This document shows positions 11,867-26,347 of a stretch of DNA of 64,000 nucleotides, piece after piece. The notes under the pieces were generated by a model. It saw nothing but the letters and a program-made list of their open reading frames with translations. It had not been told where the DNA came from and searched no databases. Numbering within the stretch: position 1 is the first letter of the stretch; each line of letters starts with the position of its first letter. The position numbers and the translations under genes are program-made. This stretch comes from Octopus vulgaris (taxonomy: Eukaryota): contig OX597814.1 in NCBI GenBank assembly GCA_951406725.2, positions 154,814,001 to 154,878,000 on the forward strand, given 5' to 3'.

Positions 11867-13171
11867 TCTATCTATGTACGTAAATGTGTACAAGCAAAGC
11901 CACACATATAATATGTATGTCTGTGCGCATTTTATGTATATAAATCCACAACCACCCCCAGTACCTGTCTGATATTTTATAATATCGAGATCGGTAGGAT
12001 TTGAACCCTTTAAGGATCAAGCATGTTTATGTCCGATTTCATATCTACAACAACTAAGACGGTTGAGATTACAGCTAAGCGGTAAAAGTGGGGGCTATTC
12101 TTTGCGCATAGTTTGCTTTTACACACGACCTACGATTTGGGTGGTAGATAGATATTAGTTAGGGAACTACACGTGAGGATCAATAGGTCAGTGTCATCCT
12201 CAATCTAAGGGTGATAAGTCTGATAGATTCGAGACGTTTCGAGACGTTTCTACAAGGGCAGTTATTGTAACAAACCGTCAGATATCCTGATATTTTCAGG
12301 ACCGACATTTTGACGATGTTAATCGCTAAGAAAAGAGTAACAAGGAAAATTAGTGTGTAAATAAAACGAAAGCTATGAAGATAACACAATGATCTCGTCT
12401 TATATACTCTCACACACGTACGCACACACGCACGCGCACATACACGCACGCACATACACGTGCGCGCACACACACACACACTCATATATACACACACACA
12501 CATGGTGGGTTTCTTTCAGTTTCCATAATAGGGACTATAATATAAGACAGCTAACGAAGGTGTCACAAAGTGGGACCGAACTCAAAATATCATGGTTGGG
12601 ACGCAAGCCTGCATGTTTCTCTCTCTCTCTCTCTCTGTCAAATGAATAACTGGTTTATTTACTGACGTTTTGATTTAAAAAATGTTTATTTTGTTAATGG
12701 TATTCTTGTACATTACGTGTATTTGTATGCTTCTTTGTGCTTTTAAATGATAAAAAGTTCTTACCGAAGTACCTTGTGGTTGACTGTTTTTGTCGCCACG
12801 TGTTTTCGCGTATGTTGGTTAGCTTATTTCTTTTACGTGATACTAAGGTATCATTACCGTAGTTCTCAGCATATTTATCAAGGAACAATTGTTTTTTTTT
12901 GTCATAAATGCTTTGATTTACTTCCCTGTTTTGTAATATTTTTAACCCACATCGCTTTCATTTTCTCAGCTATGTTTCCCGTGGCTATTTTCGATATTGC
13001 CTCAATATCATTGTCCACCGTTTCGTTTTTGTCTGGAATCGAGACTCTTTATTTAGATTAATATAGATGTCTGTCTTCACTTTTGACGTAGCGCCCATCT
13101 TAGTTTTGTTTCTTCCTCCAGTTGTCCTATAATTTCTTTAATTAAGAATTTACGGGGAAGTATGGGCACGT

Positions 13172-13815
13172 TTGACTCTGTGTAATGATAGCAGATGTGG
13201 AGCATGTCAACACATGCATACTGGTAAATCCATTAGTACAAAATATGGGCAGATTTTTGCGAATGCAGATATGAACTACAGAAGCATAAATTTGATCTAC
13301 TGCATTAAATGCCCCAATTGCGAGGAATTATATATAGGCGGGACAGGGAATACATTATCAGAATGCTCACGAGTCCACAGACAACAAATCCGGAATACCA
13401 ATGTTTGCAACATTCCATTAAATGAACATATAGAGGCATGTGGTCAGAAAATGTTTCTTATTTTTCCTTTCCACCAACTACATGACACAAGTAAGGGTGG
13501 AAGAAAGATAAAGGAAAAACGGTTTATTAAAATGTTCAAACCTATTCTAAACGGAACTGACTTCAGTAATATAACAACCAGTTAATGATGTGGATTAAAA
13601 AATATCCCTTGCATATAGATATAATCAAATTACAGAATATCGGTACGCCTGGCAAACCGTGATTTTTAAGCTGCATGCGGATTAGTCAAAAACGTATTCT
13701 AAAAATTCAGCGTGCTGGAGCGTTCTAAGAGGTACTACATATGTCAAAAACTCAATTGTCAGTTAAACACATTTGAAATCTGATGATTACTCTATGTATG
13801 AAAGCGCTATTTTAA
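13172..13815 (+). mobile_element. Penelope-like element 3' fragment: GIY-YIG endonuclease ORF remnant plus downstream decayed hammerhead motif
   Basis: ORF 13172-13585 has CNDSRCGACQH and NLIYCIKCPNCEELYIGGTG (PLE-type GIY-YIG). CTGATGA...GAAAGCGCTA at 13780-13809. Confidence 0.85.
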
Positions 13816-14402
13816 CTTTATGAGCATTACAAAATATATTTTTTAATGTTAAAATAACATAAAAAACGTGAAAACCAATGTTTTTATTTTATTCAACTGA
13901 TATATTATTCTATACACATTCACATAAATTCGAAACAATATATATATATGTGTGTATGCGTGTGTTTACATGTAAAGCTTTGAAATAAAAATACAAAATG
14001 TATAAATATGAAGTTTGGCTTTGAAGCCAGTAACATGTTATACACAATAACATGATAATTAACCTATGCAGCAGGAGTTATGACAGATCACACAAAGAAC
14101 ATAATTGGCTGTGTTAATTCAGCATAGTTACAAATTTATATAAGGAAAATTAAAGCATTATCTTTAGGATAACTGCGTTTTGCACTCATCAGCTTGCACA
14201 TTATATCTCAAATATACTGCAATGCTAATCATAAATTCAGGAAATATACATCGTCCCAACATTAGTCACTGTCGTACTGTCATAAATACACATGAAAAAT
14301 TACGTTTTTGCTTGCGCAACTGAGTAATTAATCTCAAAATAATTGTTGAGTGCAATAGTCTTTCGTTTGTTCACCTGTATACACACACACACATACACAC
14401 AT

Positions 14403-14443
<41 letters not shown>

Positions 14444-14488
14444 CGTACATATATATACATACATATACCTATGTCTCTCTCTCTCTCT

Positions 14489-14645
<157 letters not shown>

Positions 14646-14984
14646 ATATTATATATATATATTTCATTTCATCTGATTTATACTAAATGGTCACAGAGCA
14701 ATGTGAAATGAAGTAATTTGCTCCCGGTCTGGGAATCGAAACTACGATCTCGCAATCGTGAGTGCAACCCTCTAACTATTAAACCATGTACCTTTACAGT
14801 TATTTGTTCTGGTGGCATTAGGGCCTTATGGATGAGTTTGCGTTTAGCTGCTGATGTTCGATCCCCGTCAGTATTCTAGAGCTCTTTTCGAACTTTGACA
14901 ACGAAGAAGAGTGCAACTTTCTGCTAATGGTTTTTCTTTTACCTTACTTTTCGGATAAATAATGCCGTATATAATGCTGAAACT

Positions 14985-15970
14985 GCAGGTGAAGAGGCAA
15001 GGTGTAACCGTTGCCTTAAAAGTACAGTAATATAAAAATAGCTCGCTTCCTGAGACTTGCCCGATTCATCGTTTTCAAAGTTCGAAAGGAGCTGGTAAAT
15101 TCTGACAGGGATCTAGCACCAGCAGTTTAATGCAAAACCCATTCACAAGGTCATAATACCAGCAGACAGAAATAACGTTTTGCAAACAGTCCAAGAAGTA
15201 ATCGCTAAAAAAGCCCCGGAAAGTCAATTAGGACCATTGCAAAGTTAATCAAGGTTTCAGAATGCAATCTCAGAAGAGCTGTGCATGAGGACATCATGTA
15301 TAATTCGCATGTGATGTGAAAAAGTCAGTTTATATCAGATGTGACATGAGAGAATCGTTCGATCTGTGCAAAACCCTTGCTAAACAAATTAAAACATCAA
15401 GAGGGTGGGATGCTTTGGTTTTTCTTCGATGAGAAAAATTTCGATCAGGACCGAGAAACAAACCGATGGAACTACAGATGATTATGCAGAGACCCAAATG
15501 AGAACCCAACGGTCATGCATACTAAGATTCCGGATAGTGTGATGTTCTGGGAGTCATCAACAACGAAGGAGATTTCATGCCTCCAGACTTTTTCCCATTG
15601 TGTGTGTAGACAATTCCACTGTCTACACAGAGGTATTGGAGAATGTTGTGAGGTTCTGGATAGACAAAGTATGCAACAAGATTCTGCACCGTCTCATAAG
15701 GATAGGACAATCCAAGTGAGGATACGCGCCAATTTCCATGATTATGTTCTCCCAGACACATGGCCTTCTAGCTCACCAGACCTCAATCCCCTGGGCTATA
15801 AGCCTTAGAGCGAGTTCAAGAGAGAGGCAAATTAACAGCCCTGTAACAATCTCTCAAGTCTACCACATAACCTGCACTATATTCAAAATTGATAAAGCTC
15901 ACCTGATTCTGGCATTTCATCGCTTCTGATCCCGTATTGAAGTAACAATTGAAGCTTTCGTTGAATAGGT
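14985..15970 (+). mobile_element. Tc1/mariner (maT/DD37D-like) transposase pseudogene
   Basis: FFDEKNFDQD, HTKIPDSVMFW, QQDSAPSHK, WPSSSPDLNPL; multiple frameshifts. Confidence 0.85.
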
Positions 15971-16673
15971 ATTAAAAAAGAATTCTCAAGATTATTTGTA
16001 TCAATTTGTTTCCAAATGACCTAAAAAAACTGACCTAAAAAATGTTTGGATGTATGGACGAGTGACTGGGTGGCTGGGTGGAGGAACGGATTCAGTGTTG
16101 GAAAATCATTTTCAATTTTAGTATATTTTCTACTAATTTGCTTAATACAATGTTTGTATATTTGGAACGCATTTATGTGTCTACTAAGTATGTTCATTGA
16201 CTATGATAGCAGAAAATTTGAATATTGTCCTCAACGAGAAAATGTCAGTATCCTACATACAGACCTTACAGATCCATATCCTAGATACAGATAGGTTTAT
16301 CTTAATCGATGAACATTCCTTGTAGGAGATAGAATTTTTTTAAATTGAAAATAAGAACGATCCTATATAATAATAACCGGTGGTATTTCTGGTTGGGTGG
16401 TTGGTGTCTCCAAAGAAGCAGTACATTATTTAGAGAGAGGACAAGAGATATGTGAGTGATAGTTAACATAAGAGGTGCAGTACGAGTGCACATACTAGGT
16501 TTGTTGGCAAGCAATGAGTAAAGGAAAATGTGTATTCATTTCATCATTTTGAATAAGAAATTCGATAAAAGTTAAATTATAATTAACGTATGTATGTCAC
16601 AATTCCTAATATTACTCACTGTCGTAAGTATATACTTCCAAAGTTATCAATAATAATAATAATGATGATGATA

Positions 16674-16776
<103 letters not shown>

Positions 16777-16795
16777 TAATAATAATGACAACGAT

Positions 16796-16832
<37 letters not shown>

Positions 16833-17599
16833 CTAATAACAATAATCTCTGTATTTGCATTGCAACATCATGATGATAGGCATGTTATAAAAATTGGGGT
16901 ACAAAAATGAGGTATTTCATAAAATCGTTTAGGGGAATAAAAGAATGCAATTAAACGTATAAAGATATTACGAACACATAAGTGAAAGTCCTCATACAGA
17001 AGGACCTCTAAATACGTGCAATTAGGGTACCCCAAAGATTCATAGTTACCTTGACCCCCAGATAATAAGTGCCTTGTCTTAAATGTTATTTTCCTCTCAA
17101 ACCACTTTCAATTCATCCACTCACACTTTAATAAAATTAACTGGAGAACATTTTACTCTTGACCCTTACTCTCCTTTCCAAGTAGAATTTGAAAGGTCGA
17201 TGTTAGCTTGACTGACGAGTGAGGTGTTTGCCTTAAGTACTTGCATTTGAGTCCACCACACATCTTTCACAATAACCAACAGACAAAAACAATAAAAAAA
17301 ACCATCTGTCCAGCACACCGAAAGAAGGACAAGTTGATCTTCATTATGGACTGGAACAGTCTTGCAACAAAAGTAGTAATTATCGAACACTGAAGGGATG
17401 CGTGCTGAATGGTTTCATCGCTCAGGCCTTCTCAGACAGTCACAATTAATAATTCTTACGTCTCGACAGGGCTTATCTCTACTGCCCATCGGTAAGCACT
17501 GCTAAGTTAAATATCTTTAGAAGTTACTGACAGCATTCTCCGGTTCGAAAATTATTTTTTTAAAACTTTTATTTTATCTTTATTCCCATTTATGTACAT

Positions 17600-18470
17600 A
17601 AGTATACACACACATTTTATGATGTCCCACTTTCGCATATAACCAGAGGCCTAAAATACTATATAAAATACCCACGTTTGAAGCAGAATTGAAGAAATAT
17701 TTATAAACACAACCCGCTAACACTACACTCATAAAACACAAGGGTTAATATTTTTACACATTAATCAAATTGCTTATAGAACAATGAACACCTAGAAAGA
17801 AACATAAAGACCAACAACCTTTACACCTACCCATATCAACTTGTGAACATCAAAACGCAACATAAACAATTTTTTATACTAACAATTCCATAACATGCCC
17901 GACTAATAACCTCCACCTTCCAAATAAAAAGTGGAAATACCCTAAATAATGACAAGGAAAGAAACTGACCATCTAAAACATACCCCCTACATACATTCTT
18001 TTGCGAATCTCTATAAAATTCCTTTGCATGAATGTTGACACACTCAGTTACTAAGTTTTTAAATACTGGAGTAAACTTTAAAACTTTTGACCTTTACATT
18101 TTCAAAGCAAAAGATTAAATCCAGCCGGACAAAAATAACTAAAACTACTGACCGATCCTATACCTACCAAAAGGGACATATCTGCATATTTACACCTGCT
18201 ATAAAGTTCTACATACATGAATAAAATATAAGCAATAACGTAACCCAAAATTTAATCAATAAAAATTTCTCCTAAACACCTCTCCATAACAATCCACCGT
18301 AAAGCCTAATTACCACTTCATTCAAACCCATATATTAAAGAAAGATTTTTAACTCAACAGAGACTATATAAAGCCAGGAATAACTTCAATGCATACCAGT
18401 CTGATGATAGCTTAACTGGCCGAAACTTCGAAGTCACTGTCAATTATATCTTTGTTTAAGTCTAATAAAT
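17600..18470 (+). mobile_element. Degenerate Penelope-like 3' fragment ending in a hammerhead motif
   Basis: A/C-rich decayed coding-like tract followed by the hammerhead motif and an AT tail; protein homology is weak. Confidence 0.45.
18397..18439 (+). ncRNA. Type-I hammerhead ribozyme motif (stem II weakened)
   Basis: CAGU CUGAUGA u-agcu-uaacu-ggcc GAAAC UUCGAA GUC ACUG; palindromic stem III. Confidence 0.6.
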
Positions 18471-18542
<72 letters not shown>

Positions 18543-19369
18543 GTATATACATATATATACATATATATACATGTGAGTGTGTGTGCGTGTGTGTGACATA
18601 TACAGCTTAGCTATGTGGTTACTATCTGGCGCCTTGAGCAAGCGGGATCAATCATTAGCTTATGACTGAGCGATGTAAATTAGAGTTACAGGTATATGCT
18701 TTTCCTAAACACATGTTTAGACACGCTGTAAAAACAGATACTCTGATTAAATTGCTTTTCCTTTCTATGGCTATAAAAAGGAAATGGCCTGGTTTGTTTT
18801 AATATTTTCTACGTTTTTGCCAAAGGTCAGTTATTAATTTGTCTGTTTATAGCTCTTTATAATATATGCAATTTCGAAATACTCCTAATTTGCATAAAAG
18901 TGCAAATGTTGGCACCGTAGATTAATTAATTAATAAAAGTAGTGCGCATATTTTTTTTTCATTGACGTAGACTTACAGGGGTGTACTTTTCCTAATTACA
19001 CATTTTAAACCTCTATGTGCGAAGTAAACCATACATTTTTCTCCATCCGATCAGAAAACTAATAGTCTTGACTAGTTTAATTTAAAATTTGTTTTCTAAA
19101 TATCCCTGTAGTTTGCTCAGCAAGTCTATACTCTGTCGCTTTATATTTCTCACCCCTCCTTTTTCTCTCTCTCTATCTTTCTTCGCTTGTATAATTATCG
19201 AAAACACATGCAATATTTAGCCCCGCAGTGTAAACATACACTTTCATTCAAAATCAACGCTGTATTAGCATCAGACTTCTGGCTACATAACAACGAAGTT
19301 TATCATAATTCTTATCAAAGGAACAATAAATATAGATGCAATTGTAGAACAGTAGATAATTGTCACTTA

Positions 19370-19460
19370 TAGTAGATAACTGCCCACGGGCATATGGCGT
19401 AGTGATTAAGAGCGCGGGCTTCTAACGCCAAGATTCCGAGTTCGATTCCAGACAGTGACC

Positions 19461-19491
<31 letters not shown>

Positions 19492-19635
19492 CAACATCGA
19501 AAAATACCTTAGGAATGAGAACCCAGGATCCAAATTTCCTCAAGACACCTGATGAAGGCTGGAGGGTATATCAGCCGAAACGTCGTGTTAACAACGAACA
19601 AGATGAGGACAAATATCCGTTAAATGTAAATAATG
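19370..19635 (+). mobile_element. tRNA-headed SINE-like element carrying a hammerhead ribozyme
   Basis: A box tggcgtagtga (19395), B box gttcgattcc (19440), (TAA)n spacer, hammerhead 19544-19589; 13-bp direct repeats taattgtcactta at 19357-19369 and 19636-19648. Confidence 0.65.
19544..19589 (+). ncRNA. Minimal type-I hammerhead ribozyme
   Basis: GACAC CUGAUGA a GGCUG gaggguauau CAGCC GAAAC GUC GUGUU: canonical core; stem III reduced to the ACGU palindrome. Confidence 0.8.
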
Positions 19636-21244
19636 TAATTGTCACTTACATTGGAACTGTCTGCGTAAAAGCATTGTTTGCAAATATCTGTAAGAACAGA
19701 TGTTGCGTTTAAATATCACATATAACCTACAAAGAATTTTTTAAAGAAATACTCTTATGTACGTAGTGACTCATTCCTTTACAATACGCGTAACTCGTTT
19801 GTGGAGGATATATTTAATTTAAAATCTATGAGTATACATTTTAAAGTAGAATCAAGTGTTATAAATTGAGCCAAACATTACCAAGACAAATCGAAGTGTC
19901 ATGTACACGCGGAGCAGTCGAGATTCTAATAGCGAACGGAAATCTATCAAGTAATACTTCCTAATTTTGGCACAAGGCCAGCAATTTAGAAGGTAAGTGT
20001 AAGTTGATTACACTAATACCAATGCCCAATTTTATTTTATCGATCGCGAGAGGATGAAAGGCAAAGCTGATCTTGTCGGAATTTGAAGATCTATCAAATA
20101 ATCTTTTCTACTCTTGGCTCAAGGCCTGAAATTTTGGAGGAGGGGCTAGTCGGTTACATGCCCCCCCCCCCCCATAATCAACTAATATTTATTTTATCGA
20201 CCCGGAAAGAATAAGTCGACCTCGGTGGAATTTGAACTCAGAAAAATTCAAATTCAAAAGGAGATTTATCAAATAATGAAATAAAGATATTGTGTGGAAA
20301 TATAAGTTTACGCGAACTATTAGAGAAAATGGAGAAATGATAATTTTGATTGCGACAATATATGAATGCTATACGATCTATTTAGTGTAGACAAGTACAC
20401 ACACATATACATGTGCGCACACAAACACACGCACATTCATACACATACATGCTCTTGTGAAAATGATAATGATTTTATGATTCTATGAATATCTCTTAGA
20501 TTTCCCGAATTTATCTATTTAAATATTTTATTTGTAGCAATATTTCAAAAGTATGAATAGACAAGTAGTTAGTATGTATCCGTATTAGTAGATATCTGAT
20601 CAATAGTGTATACATACATGCATACATATATGTAATGTATGTATGTGTCTCTGTGTATATTCGTGTATGCGTTTGTACATATATGTACAAAAATATGCAT
20701 ATATATGTGGATGTGTGTATCTGCGTGTGTGTATAATATATATGTATGTATGTGTGCATATATACACACACATGTATATATATATAGATATATATATATA
20801 TGTGTGGGGGGGGGGTAGGTGTGCGTGTATGTATGTATATAGGTTTGTTTATGCGCAAGTACGTGTTTATATATCTAAGTGTTTTTCTCAGTGTGTGTGT
20901 GAGTATATATATATATATATGAGTATAAACTGATAATTGCATACGTATATGTATATATATATATATATGATATTTGTATAATCCTCCATGACTGTTATTG
21001 CCGCACTCAATGGCCTTGTGAAAATATGTATGTATAACATACTCTTTTGAAGTCTCGGTGTCCCGTCTCCACTCTTTTCGTTTACAAATACACTTAGTTT
21101 CGGCGCTTTATTATTCAGGTTTACAGCGTTAACATCTAAAATTCTATGTGAAAATGCATATCTACATATAATGTTGCATACACAGTGAAAGAGGCTATAG
21201 CGCATGGACAGAGCAAAATACATTTAAATGTAAGTAAAGTATGT

Positions 21245-21998
21245 GACGTAGCTTGCGACCAAGGGCTGCCCTCTTATGGAATACCCACCTTTTGGTGCCA
21301 CTGGATGATGAACTCCGCTTATGATGTTATTCCACGTTTTCTGATCCATGGTACTTTCTTGAGGTCGAGGCGCTACGACTTCAGGTCTTCTTCAATTTCT
21401 TTCGCCCATAAGGCGGTGAGCTGGCAGAAACGTTAGCACGCCGGGCGAAATGCGTAGCCGTATTTCGTCTGCCGTTACGTTCTGAGTTCAAATTCCGCCG
21501 AGGTTGACTTTGCCTTTCATCCTTTCAGGGTCGATTAAATAAGTACCAGTTACGCACTGGGGTCGATATAATCGACTTAATCCGTCTGCCTGTCTTTGTT
21601 TGTCCTCTCTGTGTTTAGCCCCTTGTGGGTAGTAAAGAAATAGGTATTTTGTCTGTCTTTACGTTCTGAGTTCGAATTCCACCGAGGTCGACTTTGCCTG
21701 TCATCCTTTCGGGGTCGATAAATTAAGTACCAGTTCAAAACTGGGGTCGATCTAATCGACTGGCCTCCTCCCCCAAAATTTCGGGCCTTGTGCCTAGAAT
21801 AAAAAATAATTCATTTCGTCCATGTCCTTTTCGGTGCACTGCCCCGGATACTCCAATGCATGGTTCGTTGCCGCTACAAAAGTCGGTTAGGTAGTCTTCC
21901 GGTGTTTATTCTGCAGACGTGGCCAAACCACTGCAGTCTGCGCTGCCGGATTTGGTCTTCAACAATCGGCTGCTGCTGTCATTGTTCTCGGATATTGT
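21245..21998 (-). mobile_element. RTE-clade LINE 3' remnant split by a SINE dimer
   Basis: Minus translation IRQRRLQWFGHVCR..GRLPNRLL..RGSAPKRTW continues as IEEDLK on the far side of the 21397-21810 insertion. Confidence 0.75.
21411..21810 (+). mobile_element. SINE family A (Meta-domain-like core), dimer
   Basis: Head aggcggtgagctggcagaaacgttagc; core gactttgcctttcatcctttc-ggggtcgat...aagtaccag. Other copies: 1034-1183(+), 19965-20241(-, x2), 32880-33000(-), 40966-41178(-), 42088-42289(-), 49250-49453(+), 54390-54610(+). Confidence 0.85.
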
Positions 21999-22642
21999 TT
22001 AAGATTCCAGTAGAGGAACATAAAAGATCTGACGAAAGCATCGCATTTAGAACACCATAAAACAATATCAGCGATATTTCAAAAATTAAATTAATTCCTA
22101 CATTTATTTCAGCGCTGCTTCGTACTAACAGGTACACTAAATTTTTTACACTACTAATTTACTAATAGAGTAGTGGTCAAATTTCCAACAACCACCAAGA
22201 AAACTTACGTCTAACATTATTTCTATTATTCTTTTTTTCTTTCCTGATTACTTTATTCGTTTTTCGCTATGGCTTCTTCCTTGAATCTGCAACTTATAGA
22301 GGAGCGAATCGGGTTTTTTGTGACTCGTATTTCAAATACCTTATATATGACGAAATATATATATCAATATATACTGAAATAACAGTAGTAATGAGGTTTT
22401 GAAATAACACGGATATTATCTTCGGTTGTTCTTTCAAATGTACTTCACTTTGTTCTTCATATTGTATGCAACATTGTACATGGATATTGACTTCATATGG
22501 AAATTCAGGTGTTAACGAACGCAGTAAGCTATATTGTGTTCTAATGTAAATTTCTATTTGCTTTGTATACGCAATACATCGAAACGATACATACATACAT
22601 ACACACATATATAACATACATACATACATACATATACACACA

Positions 22643-22712
<70 letters not shown>

Positions 22713-22730
22713 CGAGAGGGTGCTGAATAC

Positions 22731-22787
<57 letters not shown>

Positions 22788-23289
22788 TGCATGCTTGTAT
22801 ATATAGATGTGTGTGTATATATGGAATACTTACTCAATAGGATGATCCACGCACTTTGCTATTCCAGAAACAGCTGTAAGACACCTCTGTATATCTGTAT
22901 TTTCTATCGAAATTAAATGTCTTCTTCAAGTGATGCCAAAGGGTTTGCCTTTCTTTTCTTTTGCTGGGTTCAAATCTCATTCGCAAACTCATAGAAAACA
23001 AATTTCCACCAACTATTCTCCCTATATGTCTGTGTACACCTTTCAGTGCAATGTATACTAGAAGGTTTGCAAATCTAACGGAGGCCTCAAAAAACATTTT
23101 TTTAAAACCCAGAAAGATCAGAACTTATCTGCAGCTCTCAGTGGTCCAAATCGGATATGCAATCTATGTCGGTGTCTTTTCAAAACATTGGTTTAAAAAA
23201 CTATTTCAGATGCCATGATGGTTCTAAGGTGCAGGCACAGGAAGTGGTCAAAATCTGCGTAAGAAGTAGACAACCACCATATTTATATG

Positions 23290-23335
<46 letters not shown>

Positions 23336-23504
23336 AACTGAGAAAATGGAGGAACATACTTAAATCAATCAATCATCAACCATCAGATAATACCCAATCA
23401 ATACTTTATTACACCATTACATAACAGCAATGACATTATACATAATATATTGTGAATATAACTAGACATGGAAATAGAAATATAAAATACAATTACATCA
23501 TATA

Positions 23505-23547
<43 letters not shown>

Positions 23548-23548
<1 letters not shown>

Positions 23549-23840
23549 ATACAAATGGTAAGACAGCAAAAGAATGAAAGAGACCTCGATACTATGTAAA
23601 TAGAGGAATTTACTTGTAAATATAATATGTGACGATTATTCGGTAGCCATGATAAAACTTCGGGTTTCGGATCTCTTCAGTTATCTGGCCTTTGGAAAAA
23701 TGCTATAACGATCATTTCCATAGCATTTTCCCGATGTCCAGATAACTGATGAGATGGCAGCGTGGTTTTCCACCCCGACATCCGAAACCTGGAGTTTTAT
23801 CATGGCTACCGAATAATTGTCACATATTACATTTACAGGT
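23548..23840. mobile_element. Fold-back Penelope-like remnant with hammerhead motifs in both arms
   Basis: Inverted arms ~23613-23705/23721-23839, flanked by (TA)n. Confidence 0.6.
23741..23801 (+). ncRNA. Type-I hammerhead ribozyme motif (stem-II-deleted antisense copy at 23651-23685)
   Basis: GAUAA CUGAUGA GAUG...CAUC c GAAAC cugga GUU UUAUC. Confidence 0.65.
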
Positions 23841-24261
23841 GTGTATATATATATATATCTTATATGATATATACATCTTATATAGTATACATCTCAACAC
23901 ATAGTAACAATAAATAATATATTTAAACATGATGTTATTATAAGCAATAGGGGTACAGATTGACATCTGAACCCTTACTGTTACCCATTTGTATTTTATT
24001 CACCTGTCTCGGAATCTGCCCTTCATAAATATTATGGACTGTATATTTAATATAATGTACATGTCTGAATAGCTTAAGGGTGGATTCCTTCACTCAGCTA
24101 ACTCTAATTGTCTACATACACTGCAAGAATATCATCCAGCTGGTACTTATGTACCAAATTTGATATTTACATAATATTGTTGTATGTAGATTATTCCGAC
24201 CTAACGAGGTGCTTCGATTTAAGTACCTAATTCAACTGAATCTTACTTCAATATACACATA

Positions 24262-24497
24262 CAGCAATCTCTCGACTATCGCGGGTGTTATGCTCCAACC
24301 TCGCCCCCGTGATAAGTGAAACTCCGTGAAGTATAAACAGTATTGTATTGTATATGTTTTAATATTATTTTAATAATTTGTATATATTTATTTTATTAGA
24401 AATGCAAACAACACCACAGAGGAATCGACGTAAGTTTAAGTAATAAACCGCGATAGGTGAATCACGCTAGTTGGACCGCAATATGGCGAGGGATTAC

Positions 24498-24499
<2 letters not shown>
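24262..24499. mobile_element. pogo/Tigger-like MITE
   Basis: Imperfect TIRs cagcaatctctcgactatcgcgg / ccgcaatatggcgagggattactg; TA on the left. Confidence 0.65.
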
Positions 24500-24535
<36 letters not shown>

Positions 24536-24553
24536 CACACACACAACCATATA

Positions 24554-24630
<77 letters not shown>

Positions 24631-24634
<4 letters not shown>

Positions 24635-24970
24635 GTAAAGACCCCCTTCGGTCATGAATGACCATGGGATTGCACCTAGAAAGTTACCCTCCTAGACACA
24701 AGTCTGGGCAAGGTTGTTTTTATGGAAGGCCAGCAGTCGCCCATGCATATCAGCCTCCCCTCTCCACGCCACCAGTGTTATCCAAGGGAAAGACAAAGGT
24801 CGATACAGCTTGGCACCAGTGACGTCGCAACTCATTTCTACAGCTGAGTGAACTGGAGCAACGTGAAATAAAGTGCCTTGCTCGAGAACACAACACGCAG
24901 CCCGGTCCGGGATTCGAGCTCACAACCTCACGATCGTAAGCTCGACGCTCTAACCACTGAGCCATGCGCC

Positions 24971-24971
<1 letters not shown>
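24631..24971 (-). mobile_element. SINE family C (tRNA head, CORE-like centre)
   Basis: Minus aggcgcatggctcagtggttagagcg...tcgaatccc; second copy 36316-36647(-); related heads at 10093-10369(-), 14690-14790(-), 37690-37935(-). Confidence 0.85.
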
Positions 24972-25017
<46 letters not shown>

Positions 25018-25035
25018 CACAAACATATATATATG

Positions 25036-25098
<63 letters not shown>

Positions 25099-25922
25099 GC
25101 ACACGTAATATGCATACATAATACGCACATACGTAGACTCATGCATTGAGTATGTGTGTGTGTATGTGCATGCATCTATCGTGTATGAGTGTATGACTGT
25201 CATATCCCATGCTCATGCTTACTCGTGTGAAACCAATGTTGTTTCAAAATAGGTAACTGAGTGATTGGTAAAACCTAGCTCGGTAAAAATATGTACCAGT
25301 CTTAAATAAGGTCTGGGATCGATTGTCTTCAACTAAATCCTTGGAAGGAGGTACTTTAGTATATAGTCCCAGTCGAATGACTTAAACTATTAAAAGAGAA
25401 AAGAGAAAAATACATGAAAGAATAGACAAGAGCAAAGAAGAAAATAGAAAGAAATAATCCAATTAAAGGTGGGGGGGGGGGAGTAAAAGAGTAAAAGGAG
25501 AGAGAAATATCTGACAATTGTCTCTCCGCTGACAAGTTCGTTTAATCCAAGAATGGCGCTATCATACGGTCTGGGCGTCAGAACGTCTCTCAGGGAGCAC
25601 TTGAGCGGCTGTGACAAGATATATTAGAATAAGATCGCAGCGGCTATCTTCTCTCATATGTCTGAACTGAAGACAACAAATACGTAAGAAACAAATCAAA
25701 CAAATATATCAAAGAAAAGAAAATTAAAAATAAGGGGTAAAAAATATCCCTTCTGTCTTCTTTTCTTCTCTTCTAAGCATTCATTTTTCTAGTTTGGTGC
25801 CTTTCTCGAGTAAGACAGATGCAACTGTTCACTGATCTTTTTATCCACCCATTCTTTCGTAATCTTTACCCACACATCTAATAAATTATGTGATATAAAG
25901 TATAATACTGTCTATCAGTTGC

Positions 25923-25959
<37 letters not shown>

Positions 25960-26013
25960 AATGCATAAATATAAATATGTGTGTTTGTGTGTGTGTGTAC
26001 GAGTATGTATGTA

Positions 26014-26059
<46 letters not shown>

Positions 26060-26261
26060 TGGGTGGGGTGCATGTGTGAGTGTATCATACATACATCATA
26101 GTATACCAATTAGCACTAGTATATTTCCTTACTGAACATACAGAGAAGAAACAAAAACCAACATGTATATACATATGCGTACACGCACAGTCTCAAAAAC
26201 AATTATACACACATACATACATACATACATACATACATACATACACACACACATACATACG

Positions 26262-26347
<86 letters not shown>

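Noticed and set aside
19388-19455. tRNA gene (also the heads at ~24900-24971 and 38231-38295)
   Set aside because: A/B boxes are present but no full cloverleaf or terminator; these are SINE heads.
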